In this document: in pieces, positions 1-9,232 of the stretch | How the letters are laid out: each line of letters opens with the position of its first letter | How positions within the stretch are numbered: position 1 is the first letter of the stretch | Assembly: GCA_964535495.1 (NCBI GenBank) | Contig: CAZHUP010000002.1 | Coordinates: forward strand, 2,436-66,435 | Reading direction: 5' to 3' | Length of the DNA stretch: 64,000 bases | DNA from: an uncultured Rhodohalobacter sp. | GTDB taxonomy: Bacteria; Bacteroidota; Rhodothermia; Balneolales; Balneolaceae | The notes under the pieces: model-generated | What the model saw: only the letters and a program-made list of their open reading frames with translations | Database searches by the model: none | What the model was told of the DNA's origin: nothing | Translations under genes and position numbers: made by a program

Positions 1-1673
1 CAGCCTAACATGTTGGATGCAAAAGTGGCGCGAAGCTTACTCCATTTTATATTACCAACAGGTACGAGTTGAACTCTTGGGGCGTTTCCTGAATCCTGGA
101 CGGATTTCTCAGTCCGATACCGAATCGATTCAAATATTTCTGCTGCCCGGAAAGGCTCAAGGGATGTGTAAAGAACTTTCTGAGGTTCTAAATATGATCT
201 GAATAGATCACCCACAAGTAGATTATTTTTGAGATTTTCAGAAAGAGACTCAAGTAGCTTTGCGGAATTTATTGATGGTGAATTGTCGGATGTTTTTAGA
301 GCATCGGTAAAATCGGTTGTAATTACAGGATCCGGTATCTTTTCATCACTATTTGTATAGTTGTTAGTACCAATTAAAGTGCGTTTTCCGGTGGCATAGG
401 CCTGCAGTTTCCTGTTTTTCGACGTTTCTATTTCTGACTGAATGGATCTGTTTTTCAGTGCTTTAAGAAATCCACCCTGTTTCTCTATCATTTGGAAGAA
501 CTTCCAGCTTTTGTGAGAAATCTCTTCAGTCAGTTGTTCAATGTAGTAAGAGCCTGCTGCCGGGTCATCAACCTTGCCAAAGTGTGCTTCCTCGGCAATA
601 ATGTGATGAATATTTCTTGCAATGCGGGATGAAAAGGTATTTGAACTGTTGAATTGACTGTCGAAAGGTTGAATCAGGAGGGAGTCAACACCGCCCATTA
701 CGGCCGACATCGCCTCTGTAGTTGCCCGAAGTGTGTTGTTATGAGGATCTGCCAGCGTCTGATTTTGAGGGGTGGTTTCGGCGTGGATGTGCAAAGGCAG
801 AGAGCTGTCCAATCCGTAGGCATCGAGAAGATTAGACCATAAAATTCGGGCAGCACGGAATTTTGCAGTCTCAGGAAAGTAAAGAGGTCCGGCGCTTGTT
901 CTAAATAATACAGACTTTGCGGTCTGAGTGAGGTCTTCTTTGTTGCTGCGAGCCAGATATTCACTCGCAATCGCAAGGGATATCCCCAGCTCCTGAGTGA
1001 TTGAAGCACCTGATGTGTGATAAAAAAGCCCGTCCGCACAAAGGGTATTAAAGTCATTCTGACAGGCAAGCTGATGGATGATGTTGTCTAATTTATCGGA
1101 TGGTAACGGCTCGCGCCCATGTTTTGCAGAATAAGTAAATGGATCAAAAAAGAAACCGGCGTTCTCAATGTTACTCTCTGAGTTCTGCAACATTGCCAGA
1201 ACTGCAGGGGTATTCATGCCGCTGTCGAATAACATTTTGTAATCAGAAAAGTCAATATCGGAGACTAACTCATTAAAATTTCTCTGAGACTGGAGTTGAG
1301 TTCCAATCATATTTCCACCAACAGCTCCGGCACTGAACGAAATGTCGCATCTGATTTGAAAAGCATTGGCACCGCCTGTTATGGATTCTTTAAGCTTAGC
1401 ATTGGCATGGACCGGGTCAGTTTCCGAAATTTGCTCACAGCGATCCCACCCTGAATTGATGTTTGCCCGAACTGAATCAGGTTGATATAGCTTAAGATCC
1501 TCTAAATCTTCTGAGTGGTAAAATGGGTATGGTGAGAGGCCCTCAAGAGTGTCCCACTTGAGTTTCACTCTATAATCTGCTCCCTTCAGATCTTTTGTGA
1601 TCTGCTCTTCCCACTGATCGCGGCTTACGGGTTCAAACTCTGAAAAAAGATTCGTTTCTTTTTGCTTCTTCAC
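1..1673 (-). CDS. mutA: Methylmalonyl-CoA mutase small (beta) subunit family protein, 3' end outside the window
   Basis: Not in the ORF track because its stop lies outside the window. Manual translation from GTG at 1673 gives MKKQKETNLFSEFEPVSRDQWEEQITKDLKGADY..., then KFRAARILW, NTLRATTEAMSAVMGG, RIARNIHHIIAEEAHFGKVDDPAAGSYYIEQLT, and RATFASNMLG at the edge. The frame was checked at both ends and in the middle. These are typical MCM beta-subunit motifs. Confidence 0.9.
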   Translation of the reverse strand, partial: MKKQKETNLFSEFEPVSRDQWEEQITKDLKGADYRVKLKWDTLEGLSPYPFYHSEDLEDLKLYQPDSVRANINSGWDRCEQISETDPVHANAKLKESITGGANAFQIRCDISFSAGAVGGNMIGTQLQSQRNFNELVSDIDFSDYKMLFDSGMNTPAVLAMLQNSESNIENAGFFFDPFTYSAKHGREPLPSDKLDNIIHQLACQNDFNTLCADGLFYHTSGASITQELGISLAIASEYLARSNKEDLTQTAKSVLFRTSAGPLYFPETAKFRAARILWSNLLDAYGLDSSLPLHIHAETTPQNQTLADPHNNTLRATTEAMSAVMGGVDSLLIQPFDSQFNSSNTFSSRIARNIHHIIAEEAHFGKVDDPAAGSYYIEQLTEEISHKSWKFFQMIEKQGGFLKALKNRSIQSEIETSKNRKLQAYATGKRTLIGTNNYTNSDEKIPDPVITTDFTDALKTSDNSPSINSAKLLESLSENLKNNLLVGDLFRSYLEPQKVLYTSLEPFRAAEIFESIRYRTEKSVQDSGNAPRVQLVPVGNIKWSKLRATFASNMLG

Positions 1674-1825
1674 TGCAATTAATTTTATTCTGTTTTAAAA
1701 CTGATTGTAAAATAGTGAGGAGTACCCTGTTTCGCTAACCAAAACAGAAATTGAGTACGGAAAAGCGCTTGCAAACCGCTATATTTATATCGAAAAATTT
1801 ATTGAATAACTAAAAAAGAACGACT

Positions 1826-2995
1826 ATGTCAGATACAGGAAACAAAATTGCTCCGCTCACACAACTGACCGAAGATGAGCAGATGCTGAGAGACGCTGCA
1901 GCTGAATTTGCAGATACAATAATTAAGCCGAAAGTTCATGAAATGGATGAGGCTGCCAAATTGGATAAAGACCTGATCAAGCAGTTTTTTGATATGGGTT
2001 TCATGGGTATCGAAATCCCGGAAGAGTACCAGGGTGGAGGTGGATCATTTTTTATGAGTATTGTTGCAATCGAGCAAATTTCCAGAGTTGATGCATCCGT
2101 TGGGGTATTTATGGATGTACAAAACACATTGGTAAATAACGCATTTTTGAACTGGGGCTCAGATGACGTGAAGAAGAGATTCTTACCTCAATTGGCTACC
2201 GAAAAAGTTGGTGCTTATTGTTTGTCTGAGGCCGGATCAGGCAGTGATGCGTTTGCACTAAAGTGTGCTGCCAAAGAAGATGGTGATGACTATATTTTGA
2301 ATGGGACCAAACTTTGGATTACAAACGCAAAAGAAGCCGATATCTTTCTGATTTTTGCAACGGTGGATCCCTCAGCAGGCTACAAGGGAATTACTGCCTT
2401 TATTGTAGAGCGCGGCATGGAAGGTTTTACTATCTCCAAAAAAGAGAATAAACTGGGTATCAGGGCGAGTTCAACCTGTGAGCTGCTTCTCGAAGATGTT
2501 CGGGTTCCAAAAGAGAATATACTCGGCGAAGTTGGGAAGGGTTATAAAGTAGCGATCGAGACTTTGAATGAAGGCCGTATTGGTATTGGTGCCCAAATGA
2601 TAGGGATTGCGCAGGGAGCATTTGATGCAGCTATATCGTACACAAAAGAACGAAAGCAGTTTGGCAAGGCTATTGCTGATTTTCAGGGTGTTCAATTTCA
2701 ATTATCTGAAATGGCCACACAGTTAGAAATGGCAAGACTATTGGTTTACAATGCGGCCAGACTGAAAGAAGCCGGTCAGCCTTTCTTGAAAGAAGCTGCG
2801 ATGGCAAAATATTACAGCGCTGAAGTAGCAGAAAAAGTCAGTTCCATGGCGGTAGATCTGTATGGCGGATTTGGATATGTGAAGGAGTACCCTGTAGAGA
2901 AATATTACAGAGATGCAAAAATTGGCAAGATCTATGAAGGAACGTCCAATATGCAGCTTGCCACCATATCAAAAATTATCCTGAAAGAGGGGTAA
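1826..2995 (+). CDS. Short/branched-chain acyl-CoA dehydrogenase
   Basis: YCLSEAGSGSD, NGTKLWITN, KLGIRAS, ERKQFG, YRDAKIGKIYEGTSN with the catalytic Glu. Confidence 0.92.
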   Translation: MSDTGNKIAPLTQLTEDEQMLRDAAAEFADTIIKPKVHEMDEAAKLDKDLIKQFFDMGFMGIEIPEEYQGGGGSFFMSIVAIEQISRVDASVGVFMDVQNTLVNNAFLNWGSDDVKKRFLPQLATEKVGAYCLSEAGSGSDAFALKCAAKEDGDDYILNGTKLWITNAKEADIFLIFATVDPSAGYKGITAFIVERGMEGFTISKKENKLGIRASSTCELLLEDVRVPKENILGEVGKGYKVAIETLNEGRIGIGAQMIGIAQGAFDAAISYTKERKQFGKAIADFQGVQFQLSEMATQLEMARLLVYNAARLKEAGQPFLKEAAMAKYYSAEVAEKVSSMAVDLYGGFGYVKEYPVEKYYRDAKIGKIYEGTSNMQLATISKIILKEG

Positions 2996-3021
2996 TTGAG
3001 GTGTGAAGAGGATTTAAATTT

Positions 3022-3057
3022 AAAGGCTGCGGAAATAATTTTTCGCAGCCTTTTTTT
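3022..3057 (+). terminator. Rho-independent terminator
   Basis: AAAGGCTGCG...CGCAGCCTTT stem followed by a T-run, just after the acyl-CoA dehydrogenase stop. Confidence 0.85.
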
Positions 3058-3228
3058 GGTTAAAAAGAAATACTTTGGCTACGGTATGATAAGGTTGAAA
3101 AATTTTCAGATAAATGGAATGAATTTGAATGGCATTATCGTTATTGCCTGTTGACTCGGAAAAAATCTGAACGAAACGCCTGTTTCTTTACTTAAAGAGT
3201 AGAATCAGTAAGAATAAAGCACAGTTAG

Positions 3229-4488
3229 ATGGATACTATAGAACAGAAGTTAAAATCGCTCGCTAAAGACGATAAATCTCTTAAAGAATTGAAAGAGCTT
3301 TTTGGTGAAATAAGCGAACAGAGGAATAAATTTAAAAATCATTTAGAGCTACTTGAAAGAGCTATAGAAAGCGATTATGACTCTATTCTGATCACAGGTC
3401 TCGAATTGGAAGAGCCGGGGCCTAAAATTGTCTATGTAAACGATGGATTTACTAAAATGACAGGCTACACTCGTGAAGAGGTGCTGGGTAAAACTCCTCG
3501 TATTTTACAGGGCGAAAAAACAGATCGGGCTGTGTTAGACAAATTGAAGGAACGGCTGAAAGAGGGTAAGGCATTTTTTGGCCACACTGTGAACTATAGA
3601 AAAGATGGTACAGAGTTTATAAATCAATGGGATATACATCCACTGACAGATGAAAAAGGTGAAATTACTCATTGGGTTTCCTATCAGCACGATATCACTG
3701 AACGAAAACGCTCAGAGAAAAAGGTAGTTGATTCCGAAATGGAGTTTGATAAACTCAGGGAAGAGAGTAAGAAAACACTGATCGATGTAGACGAACAAGG
3801 TAACATCATCACTACGAATAAAGCTTTCCGAGATCTTACAGGTTATGCCGATGAAGAGCTTAAAAAATTGAAATTCTGGGAAATCCTGGAAGAGGAACAT
3901 ATCGAGACCTATAAGCACAAATTTGACTCATTCAAGCCAAGTGATTTTGACGATCGCTCTTATGAAATGGTCATAAAAAATAAGAAAGGTGATCCTGTTG
4001 AAGTAAATGCCTCGGTCAGGATATTGACAGTGCAAAGTCAGCAGATTGCAAGGATGTCATTTGAAAATAAGTCTTTGCAGAAACGTATTATGGCCATGCT
4101 GTCAAAGAGAAACGCAAACTTTAACAAGGTTTTTGAACGGAATAAAGATTTTAACTACAAACTGATCAAAACTGCCGGTGATGAGTTTATGTTTGAATTT
4201 GTATCAGACAGCTTTAGCAAAATTACCGGTATTACTGCTGATGAAGCAGTTACCTTAAGCATGGATAATGTTATCCATAAAGATGATTTAGAGATTTTCC
4301 ATAATCACTTAAATACTGTTCTGGATGGCAAACCAAATACCGAACAATATCGTATTAAGAGTAAAGAAGGCGGCTATGTTGAAGTGATCGATTATGCCAA
4401 ACCTGAGTGGAATATAGACCGAACTGCTGTTGAAGCCATAAAAGGGGCTACCTCAACAGAAATATCATCTGAATACAATTCTAACTAA
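3229..4488 (+). CDS. Multi-PAS domain protein; first domain LOV-like but Cys-less; no output domain
   Basis: PAS1: YVNDGFTKMTGYTREEVLGKTPRILQG...NYRKDG...YQHDIT. PAS2: NKAFRDLTGY. PAS3: FVSDSFSKITG...IHKDD. No kinase, GGDEF or HTH domain. Confidence 0.85.
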   Translation: MDTIEQKLKSLAKDDKSLKELKELFGEISEQRNKFKNHLELLERAIESDYDSILITGLELEEPGPKIVYVNDGFTKMTGYTREEVLGKTPRILQGEKTDRAVLDKLKERLKEGKAFFGHTVNYRKDGTEFINQWDIHPLTDEKGEITHWVSYQHDITERKRSEKKVVDSEMEFDKLREESKKTLIDVDEQGNIITTNKAFRDLTGYADEELKKLKFWEILEEEHIETYKHKFDSFKPSDFDDRSYEMVIKNKKGDPVEVNASVRILTVQSQQIARMSFENKSLQKRIMAMLSKRNANFNKVFERNKDFNYKLIKTAGDEFMFEFVSDSFSKITGITADEAVTLSMDNVIHKDDLEIFHNHLNTVLDGKPNTEQYRIKSKEGGYVEVIDYAKPEWNIDRTAVEAIKGATSTEISSEYNSN

Positions 4489-4524
4489 GTCCAGATCGAA
4501 GTCTGTTAATTGGCCTGTTTTTTG

Positions 4525-4532
4525 TAACTTTG
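4525..4532 (+). promoter_or_regulatory. Bacteroidota-type -7 promoter element (TAnnTTTG)
   Basis: TAACTTTG ending 16 nt before the sufE ATG, followed by an A-rich leader. Confidence 0.5.
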
Positions 4533-4548
4533 CATAAAAGAAAAAGCT

Positions 4549-4983
4549 ATGACGATACAGGAAAAACAGGATCGGATTATTCGGGAATTTAAAGCATTGG
4601 GCGATTGGCCTGAGCGCTATAAATATATCATTAAACTCGGGCAAAAATTGAACCCGCTCGACGAAAAGCATAAAACAGATGATAATCTGGTGCGCGGATG
4701 TCAGTCTCAGGTTTGGTTGCATACCGAACTTGAAGGCGATAAAGTTATTTTTAAAGCAGATAGTGATGCCGCAATCACAAAAGGTTTGGTTGCATTGATG
4801 GTGCGATTTTACTCCAATGAAACACCTGATGATATTCTATCTCACAATCCCGACTTTATTCAGCAGATTGGAATGCAGGAGCACCTATCGCCAACCCGTT
4901 CTAATGGGCTTGCTTCTATGATTAAACAGATGAAGATTTATGCAATGGCTTACAAAGCTAAATTGCATCAAGCCGAAAAGTAA
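4549..4983 (+). CDS. sufE: Fe-S cluster assembly sulfur acceptor SufE
   Basis: VRGCQSQVW, ADSDAAITKGL, LSPTRSNGL. Confidence 0.93.
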   Translation: MTIQEKQDRIIREFKALGDWPERYKYIIKLGQKLNPLDEKHKTDDNLVRGCQSQVWLHTELEGDKVIFKADSDAAITKGLVALMVRFYSNETPDDILSHNPDFIQQIGMQEHLSPTRSNGLASMIKQMKIYAMAYKAKLHQAEK

Positions 4984-5070
4984 TTTTATAGAGTACTCTC
5001 GGTAATCTCTTCTTATATTTACCGTTATGAGGCTTTGAAACTTTAATATGTACACACGTTAATTGATATT

Positions 5071-5679
5071 ATGAATAAGAAAAACATCCAGATTATTGCC
5101 CTTATTGCATTTGTGGTTATTGCAGCCGGCGTTCTCTACTATGGATTGAGCAACAATTCCGGTAATGATTCCGCAAATGTTGAACGTCAGGCACAAAAAG
5201 TTCATATTCTAAAATACAGTGATTACCAATGCCCGGCTTGCAAAGCGTATGTTCCAGCCCAAGAACAGATAAAGCAGGAATTCGGTGATATGGTCGAAAT
5301 TGAATACCGTCACTTTCCGCTTAGCTCTTTTCAGTACTCCACGTTGGCTGCCTATGCCACAGAGGCTGCCAGAGAACAAGGTAGTTTTAAAGAGATGCAT
5401 GATATGATCTTTGAATACCAGGAAGTATGGTCTCAAGGAGATGCCCGTGATCATTTCACAGATTTTGCGGAAGAGATCGGATTGGATATGGATCAGTTTA
5501 AAGCTGATTTAGAATCTGAAGCGATTCACCAACGAGTTGAAAGCCAACGACAGGAAGGAATTCGACGGCAGGTAAATGCAACTCCTACTTTTTTCTTCAA
5601 TGGTCAGAGGTTGAGACAAAACCCACAAAACTACGACCAGTTTAAGTCTATGGTTGAACTTTATATGTATCGCTCCTAA
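5071..5679 (+). CDS. Membrane-anchored DsbA family thiol-disulfide oxidoreductase
   Basis: N-terminal TM helix, YSDYQCPAC (CxxC), YRHFPL, ATPTF cis-Pro loop. Confidence 0.88.
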   Translation: MNKKNIQIIALIAFVVIAAGVLYYGLSNNSGNDSANVERQAQKVHILKYSDYQCPACKAYVPAQEQIKQEFGDMVEIEYRHFPLSSFQYSTLAAYATEAAREQGSFKEMHDMIFEYQEVWSQGDARDHFTDFAEEIGLDMDQFKADLESEAIHQRVESQRQEGIRRQVNATPTFFFNGQRLRQNPQNYDQFKSMVELYMYRS

Positions 5680-5682
5680 AAA

Positions 5683-6231
5683 ATGGTTTATCAATTTTTA
5701 GATAAATCTCCTCAATTTGAAGAGTCTGTTTTTGTAGCGCCAAGTGCAGATATTATTGGAGATGTGACCATTGGTAAAGATAGTTCCGTTTGGTTTAATT
5801 CCACTATTCGCGGTGATGTTAACTGGATTGAAATTGGTGAGCGCTCCAATATTCAGGACAATGCGTCTATTCATGTTATGAATCAGACCGGCCCCACCAA
5901 AATAGGTAATGATGTCACCATCGGGCACAATGCAATGGTTCACGGCTGTACGATTCATGATCGGGTAATAATCGGCATTCATGCCACGATATTAGATAAA
6001 GCGGTTATTGAAAGTGATGTGATTGTTGCTGCCGGAACATTGGTACCTCCCGGAAAGGTGCTGGAATCGGGTTATATGTATATGGGCTCGCCTGCAAAAA
6101 AGCATCGAAAGTTGACGGATGAAGAGATTGCGTCAATTCAGGAGTCAGCAAAAAATTATGTGAAATATCAGCGTACGTACCGGCAGGTCGATACGTATGA
6201 CGAGAATCCTTTCTATACACCAAAGCAGTAA
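5683..6231 (+). CDS. Gamma carbonic anhydrase family (hexapeptide repeat) protein
   Basis: IRGDVN, SNIQDNASIH, IGHNAMVHGC with three Zn-binding His. Confidence 0.92.
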   Translation: MVYQFLDKSPQFEESVFVAPSADIIGDVTIGKDSSVWFNSTIRGDVNWIEIGERSNIQDNASIHVMNQTGPTKIGNDVTIGHNAMVHGCTIHDRVIIGIHATILDKAVIESDVIVAAGTLVPPGKVLESGYMYMGSPAKKHRKLTDEEIASIQESAKNYVKYQRTYRQVDTYDENPFYTPKQ

Positions 6232-6279
6232 TTTTTCTTCAATAGAGCACAGACTATTCTGTGCTTTTCTTATCTATGC

Positions 6280-7419
6280 ATGGCTGGAATATACATACAC
6301 ATACCATTTTGTAAACAGGCTTGCAGCTACTGCGATTTCTATTTTATCACCCGTAAAAAACTGGTCGAACCCTTTGTTGATTCATTAATTAAAGAGATTA
6401 AATCGTTTCGGGGAACACCATACTCCGATGAGAAGATCGAAACGATTTATCTTGGGGGCGGAACGCCTTCCCAGCTAACTCAAGAGCAGTTAAAGAGAAT
6501 TTTTGAGGCATTGGGGGATACGTTTCCCTTAGATCCTGTTGAAGTAACCATGGAGATGAATCCGGATGATGTAACTTCTGACTACTTGAAGAATCTGCTG
6601 GATCTGGGAATAAATCGAGCCAGTATGGGTGTGCAGTCATTTGATGAAAAGCTGCTCCGGTTTATGCATCGGGCTCACACAAAGAGTGAAGCACTAAAAG
6701 CACTGGAGAGTTTGCAAACAGCAGGTTTCCCAACGTTTACTGCCGACCTGATCTATGGGAATCCCGGACAGACACTTGAAATGCTTGAGAAAGACATCAG
6801 CCAGTTGCTTCAATTTGACCCACCACATATCTCGGCCTACTCACTGACAGTTGAGCCTCAAACCCGATTGGGGAAACAGGTTAAACTTGGAAGAATTTCT
6901 CCGCCGGATGATGAATCAGTTGCTGAACATATTGATTTGTTAACTGAAAGATTGAGCAACGCAGGAATAGAGAGGTATGAAGTGAGTAATTTTTCAAAAC
7001 CCGGAAAAGAAGCTGTTCACAACAGCAACTATTGGCGACATAAAAACTACTTAGGGCTGGGACCTTCCGCACATTCATTCTGGCTGCTTGATGATGGCGC
7101 TCTCAGATGGGAAAACAGATCGGACATAAATCAGTATATGGATGATTTATCAGAGGGTAGTTCCACAGATCGAGAAAAACTGTCAATGTTTAGTCTGGCT
7201 GAAGAGAGATTAATGCTCGGATTACGCACCAAGTGGGGAGTTGGTTTTGATGAGCTGAAATCCCGTTACAATTATGAGCTGAACAAAGAGCAGAAGATTT
7301 GGATAGATTATCAAAGAGAGAAGGGAATGCTGAAAACAGCTGGTGATGTTTTAAAGCTTACATCAGAAGGGTTGAAAATAGCAGACCTCTTAATTGTAGA
7401 TCTGCTCTCAAAAAGTTAA
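6280..7419 (+). CDS. hemW: Radical SAM heme chaperone HemW
   Basis: YIHIPFCKQACSYCDF, GGGTPS, YEVSNF, HNSNYW. Confidence 0.9.
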   Translation: MAGIYIHIPFCKQACSYCDFYFITRKKLVEPFVDSLIKEIKSFRGTPYSDEKIETIYLGGGTPSQLTQEQLKRIFEALGDTFPLDPVEVTMEMNPDDVTSDYLKNLLDLGINRASMGVQSFDEKLLRFMHRAHTKSEALKALESLQTAGFPTFTADLIYGNPGQTLEMLEKDISQLLQFDPPHISAYSLTVEPQTRLGKQVKLGRISPPDDESVAEHIDLLTERLSNAGIERYEVSNFSKPGKEAVHNSNYWRHKNYLGLGPSAHSFWLLDDGALRWENRSDINQYMDDLSEGSSTDREKLSMFSLAEERLMLGLRTKWGVGFDELKSRYNYELNKEQKIWIDYQREKGMLKTAGDVLKLTSEGLKIADLLIVDLLSKS

Positions 7420-7424
7420 AAGTC

Positions 7425-9143
7425 ATGAGCACCTCGTTTTTTGAGCTTTGTGATACGATTCGGCAGATTCGGGAAGCGCGGGGTACGAATACAAAAATCG
7501 CGATATTCGCAGAATTTCTATCTGATATCCATGATGCTGAGGATATCAAGCTGGCGACTCAATATCTCGGTGAGGGTGCTTTCTCTGCCATTAGCGGTAA
7601 ACGCGCTTCTGTGGGAAGCAGAACAGTTGGACTTGCTGCTGCCGAATTTTGTGATATTGATTATGACAAGGTATACAAACCGTGCAGAACCGCGACTGGG
7701 AGTAATTCTGAAGCAATTGAGAGGCTGTTAAAGAATATACCGGAAGCTATAAAAAAAAGAGATCCGGTAAGTTTATCTCTGCAAGAGTTGAGCGGACTGT
7801 TTCATGATCTGCTTGAAGTTTCAAGCCGGGTGGATAAAATAGAGCTGCTTCAAAAAATGTGGATAAAGATGCATCCGGTAGAAGTGAAGTATTCAATCCG
7901 CATGCTTGGTCAAGGGTCGCTCAGGATAGGGTTTGAAACTAAAAGTGTGATATCGTCTATTGCAAAGGCGTTCGGCTACGATAAAGAGAGTGTTCGTTAT
8001 GCCCATATGATTACGGGGAGCATTGGTAAAACAGCTGTTCTTGCCCGTGAAGGCCGTTTAGATGAAGCCGAGTTTAAACTTTTTCATCCATTGTCGTTCA
8101 TGCTTGCCTCACCAATCGAGAGTAGATCTGTGGCGACACTTTCGGAATACATCGCCGAAGAGAAATTTGACGGAATGAGAGCACAGGTTCACTTTTCGGA
8201 TAACTGTGTTGAGATCTACTCGAGAGATCTCAACGAAATCACCCGCTCTTTTCCGGAAATTCAGGATTTTTTCAAACAGAGAGCATTTCCTGATGTTGTT
8301 CTGGACGGAGAGATATGTGTCTACTACAATGAAAAGATTCAGCCTTTTCAACTACTTCAAAAAAGGATGGGGTTGAAAAAACCATCAAAAAAAATCTTGA
8401 AAGAGTTGCCGGTTCTCTTCATTGCTTATGATCTACTTTATTTAGACGACTCTCCGATTTTTGACAAATCACTCGAGCAACGAAGAGAAAAGCTCGAAAT
8501 ACTCTCTGAAAAGTATAACATTCCCGTATCGAATCAGTTTGAGCTGAGCGACTCTGATATTCTGGATGAACTGTTTGACCGCGCAATTGCTCACGGTAAT
8601 GAGGGATTAATGTTAAAAAAACGAGGGTCGGTTTATGAATACGGCCAGCGGGGAAAAACGTGGTTAAAAGTTAAAAAGCCGGGGGGTACACTTGATACGG
8701 TTATAATGTATGCGCACGCCGGAAGCGGGAAGCGAGGTGGTTTGTATTCAGATTTCACATTGGGAATATCGGTTAAGAATGATGACCGCTATGAGGAAGA
8801 ATTTATCCCGATAGGAAAAGCATACGGCGGATACACGGATGATGAGCTCAAAAAAATGAACAGTGAAATTAAAAAGTTAACTGTAGAACGGTATGGGCCA
8901 ACGTTAGGTTTAATTCCCGGGCTTATGGTGGAGTTGGAGTTTGATGACATACAGATGAATAAAAGAACGAAGGCGGGCTACACACTTCGGTTGCCTCGTT
9001 TTAAACGAATTAGATGGGATTTATCTCCTGAGGATGCGGATACATTGACAGAAGTTGAGCGCTTGTATAAAATTAGAGTAGAAAAAGAGCGGCTTGTTCA
9101 GGGGAATAATCCTTCATTTTATTTCAAATCAAAAATTGAGTAG
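7425..9143 (+). CDS. ATP-dependent DNA ligase (Cdc9/LigB-like)
   Basis: Motif I EEKFDGMR, III VLDGEI, IIIa AYDLL, IV EGLMLK, V WLKVK, VI LRLPRFKRIRWD; N-terminal DNA-binding domain. Confidence 0.93.
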   Translation: MSTSFFELCDTIRQIREARGTNTKIAIFAEFLSDIHDAEDIKLATQYLGEGAFSAISGKRASVGSRTVGLAAAEFCDIDYDKVYKPCRTATGSNSEAIERLLKNIPEAIKKRDPVSLSLQELSGLFHDLLEVSSRVDKIELLQKMWIKMHPVEVKYSIRMLGQGSLRIGFETKSVISSIAKAFGYDKESVRYAHMITGSIGKTAVLAREGRLDEAEFKLFHPLSFMLASPIESRSVATLSEYIAEEKFDGMRAQVHFSDNCVEIYSRDLNEITRSFPEIQDFFKQRAFPDVVLDGEICVYYNEKIQPFQLLQKRMGLKKPSKKILKELPVLFIAYDLLYLDDSPIFDKSLEQRREKLEILSEKYNIPVSNQFELSDSDILDELFDRAIAHGNEGLMLKKRGSVYEYGQRGKTWLKVKKPGGTLDTVIMYAHAGSGKRGGLYSDFTLGISVKNDDRYEEEFIPIGKAYGGYTDDELKKMNSEIKKLTVERYGPTLGLIPGLMVELEFDDIQMNKRTKAGYTLRLPRFKRIRWDLSPEDADTLTEVERLYKIRVEKERLVQGNNPSFYFKSKIE

Positions 9144-9232
9144 ATCTGTTTTGATTTTCCTCTTTATCGGACAGTGATTTCACAAATAATCTGTTATATT
9201 AAAAGTATCTAATAAATATAAGTTCTCGCTGA

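Noticed and set aside
698-1069. 123-aa minus-strand ORF that could suggest an insertion or frameshift in mutA
   Set aside because: It is an alternative frame inside mutA. The true frame is consistent at 1673, about 1030 and the window edge.
5034-5049. TTTGAAACTTTAATAT upstream of the DsbA gene, resembling the operator
   Set aside because: Only the left half-site matches; the right arm is broken.
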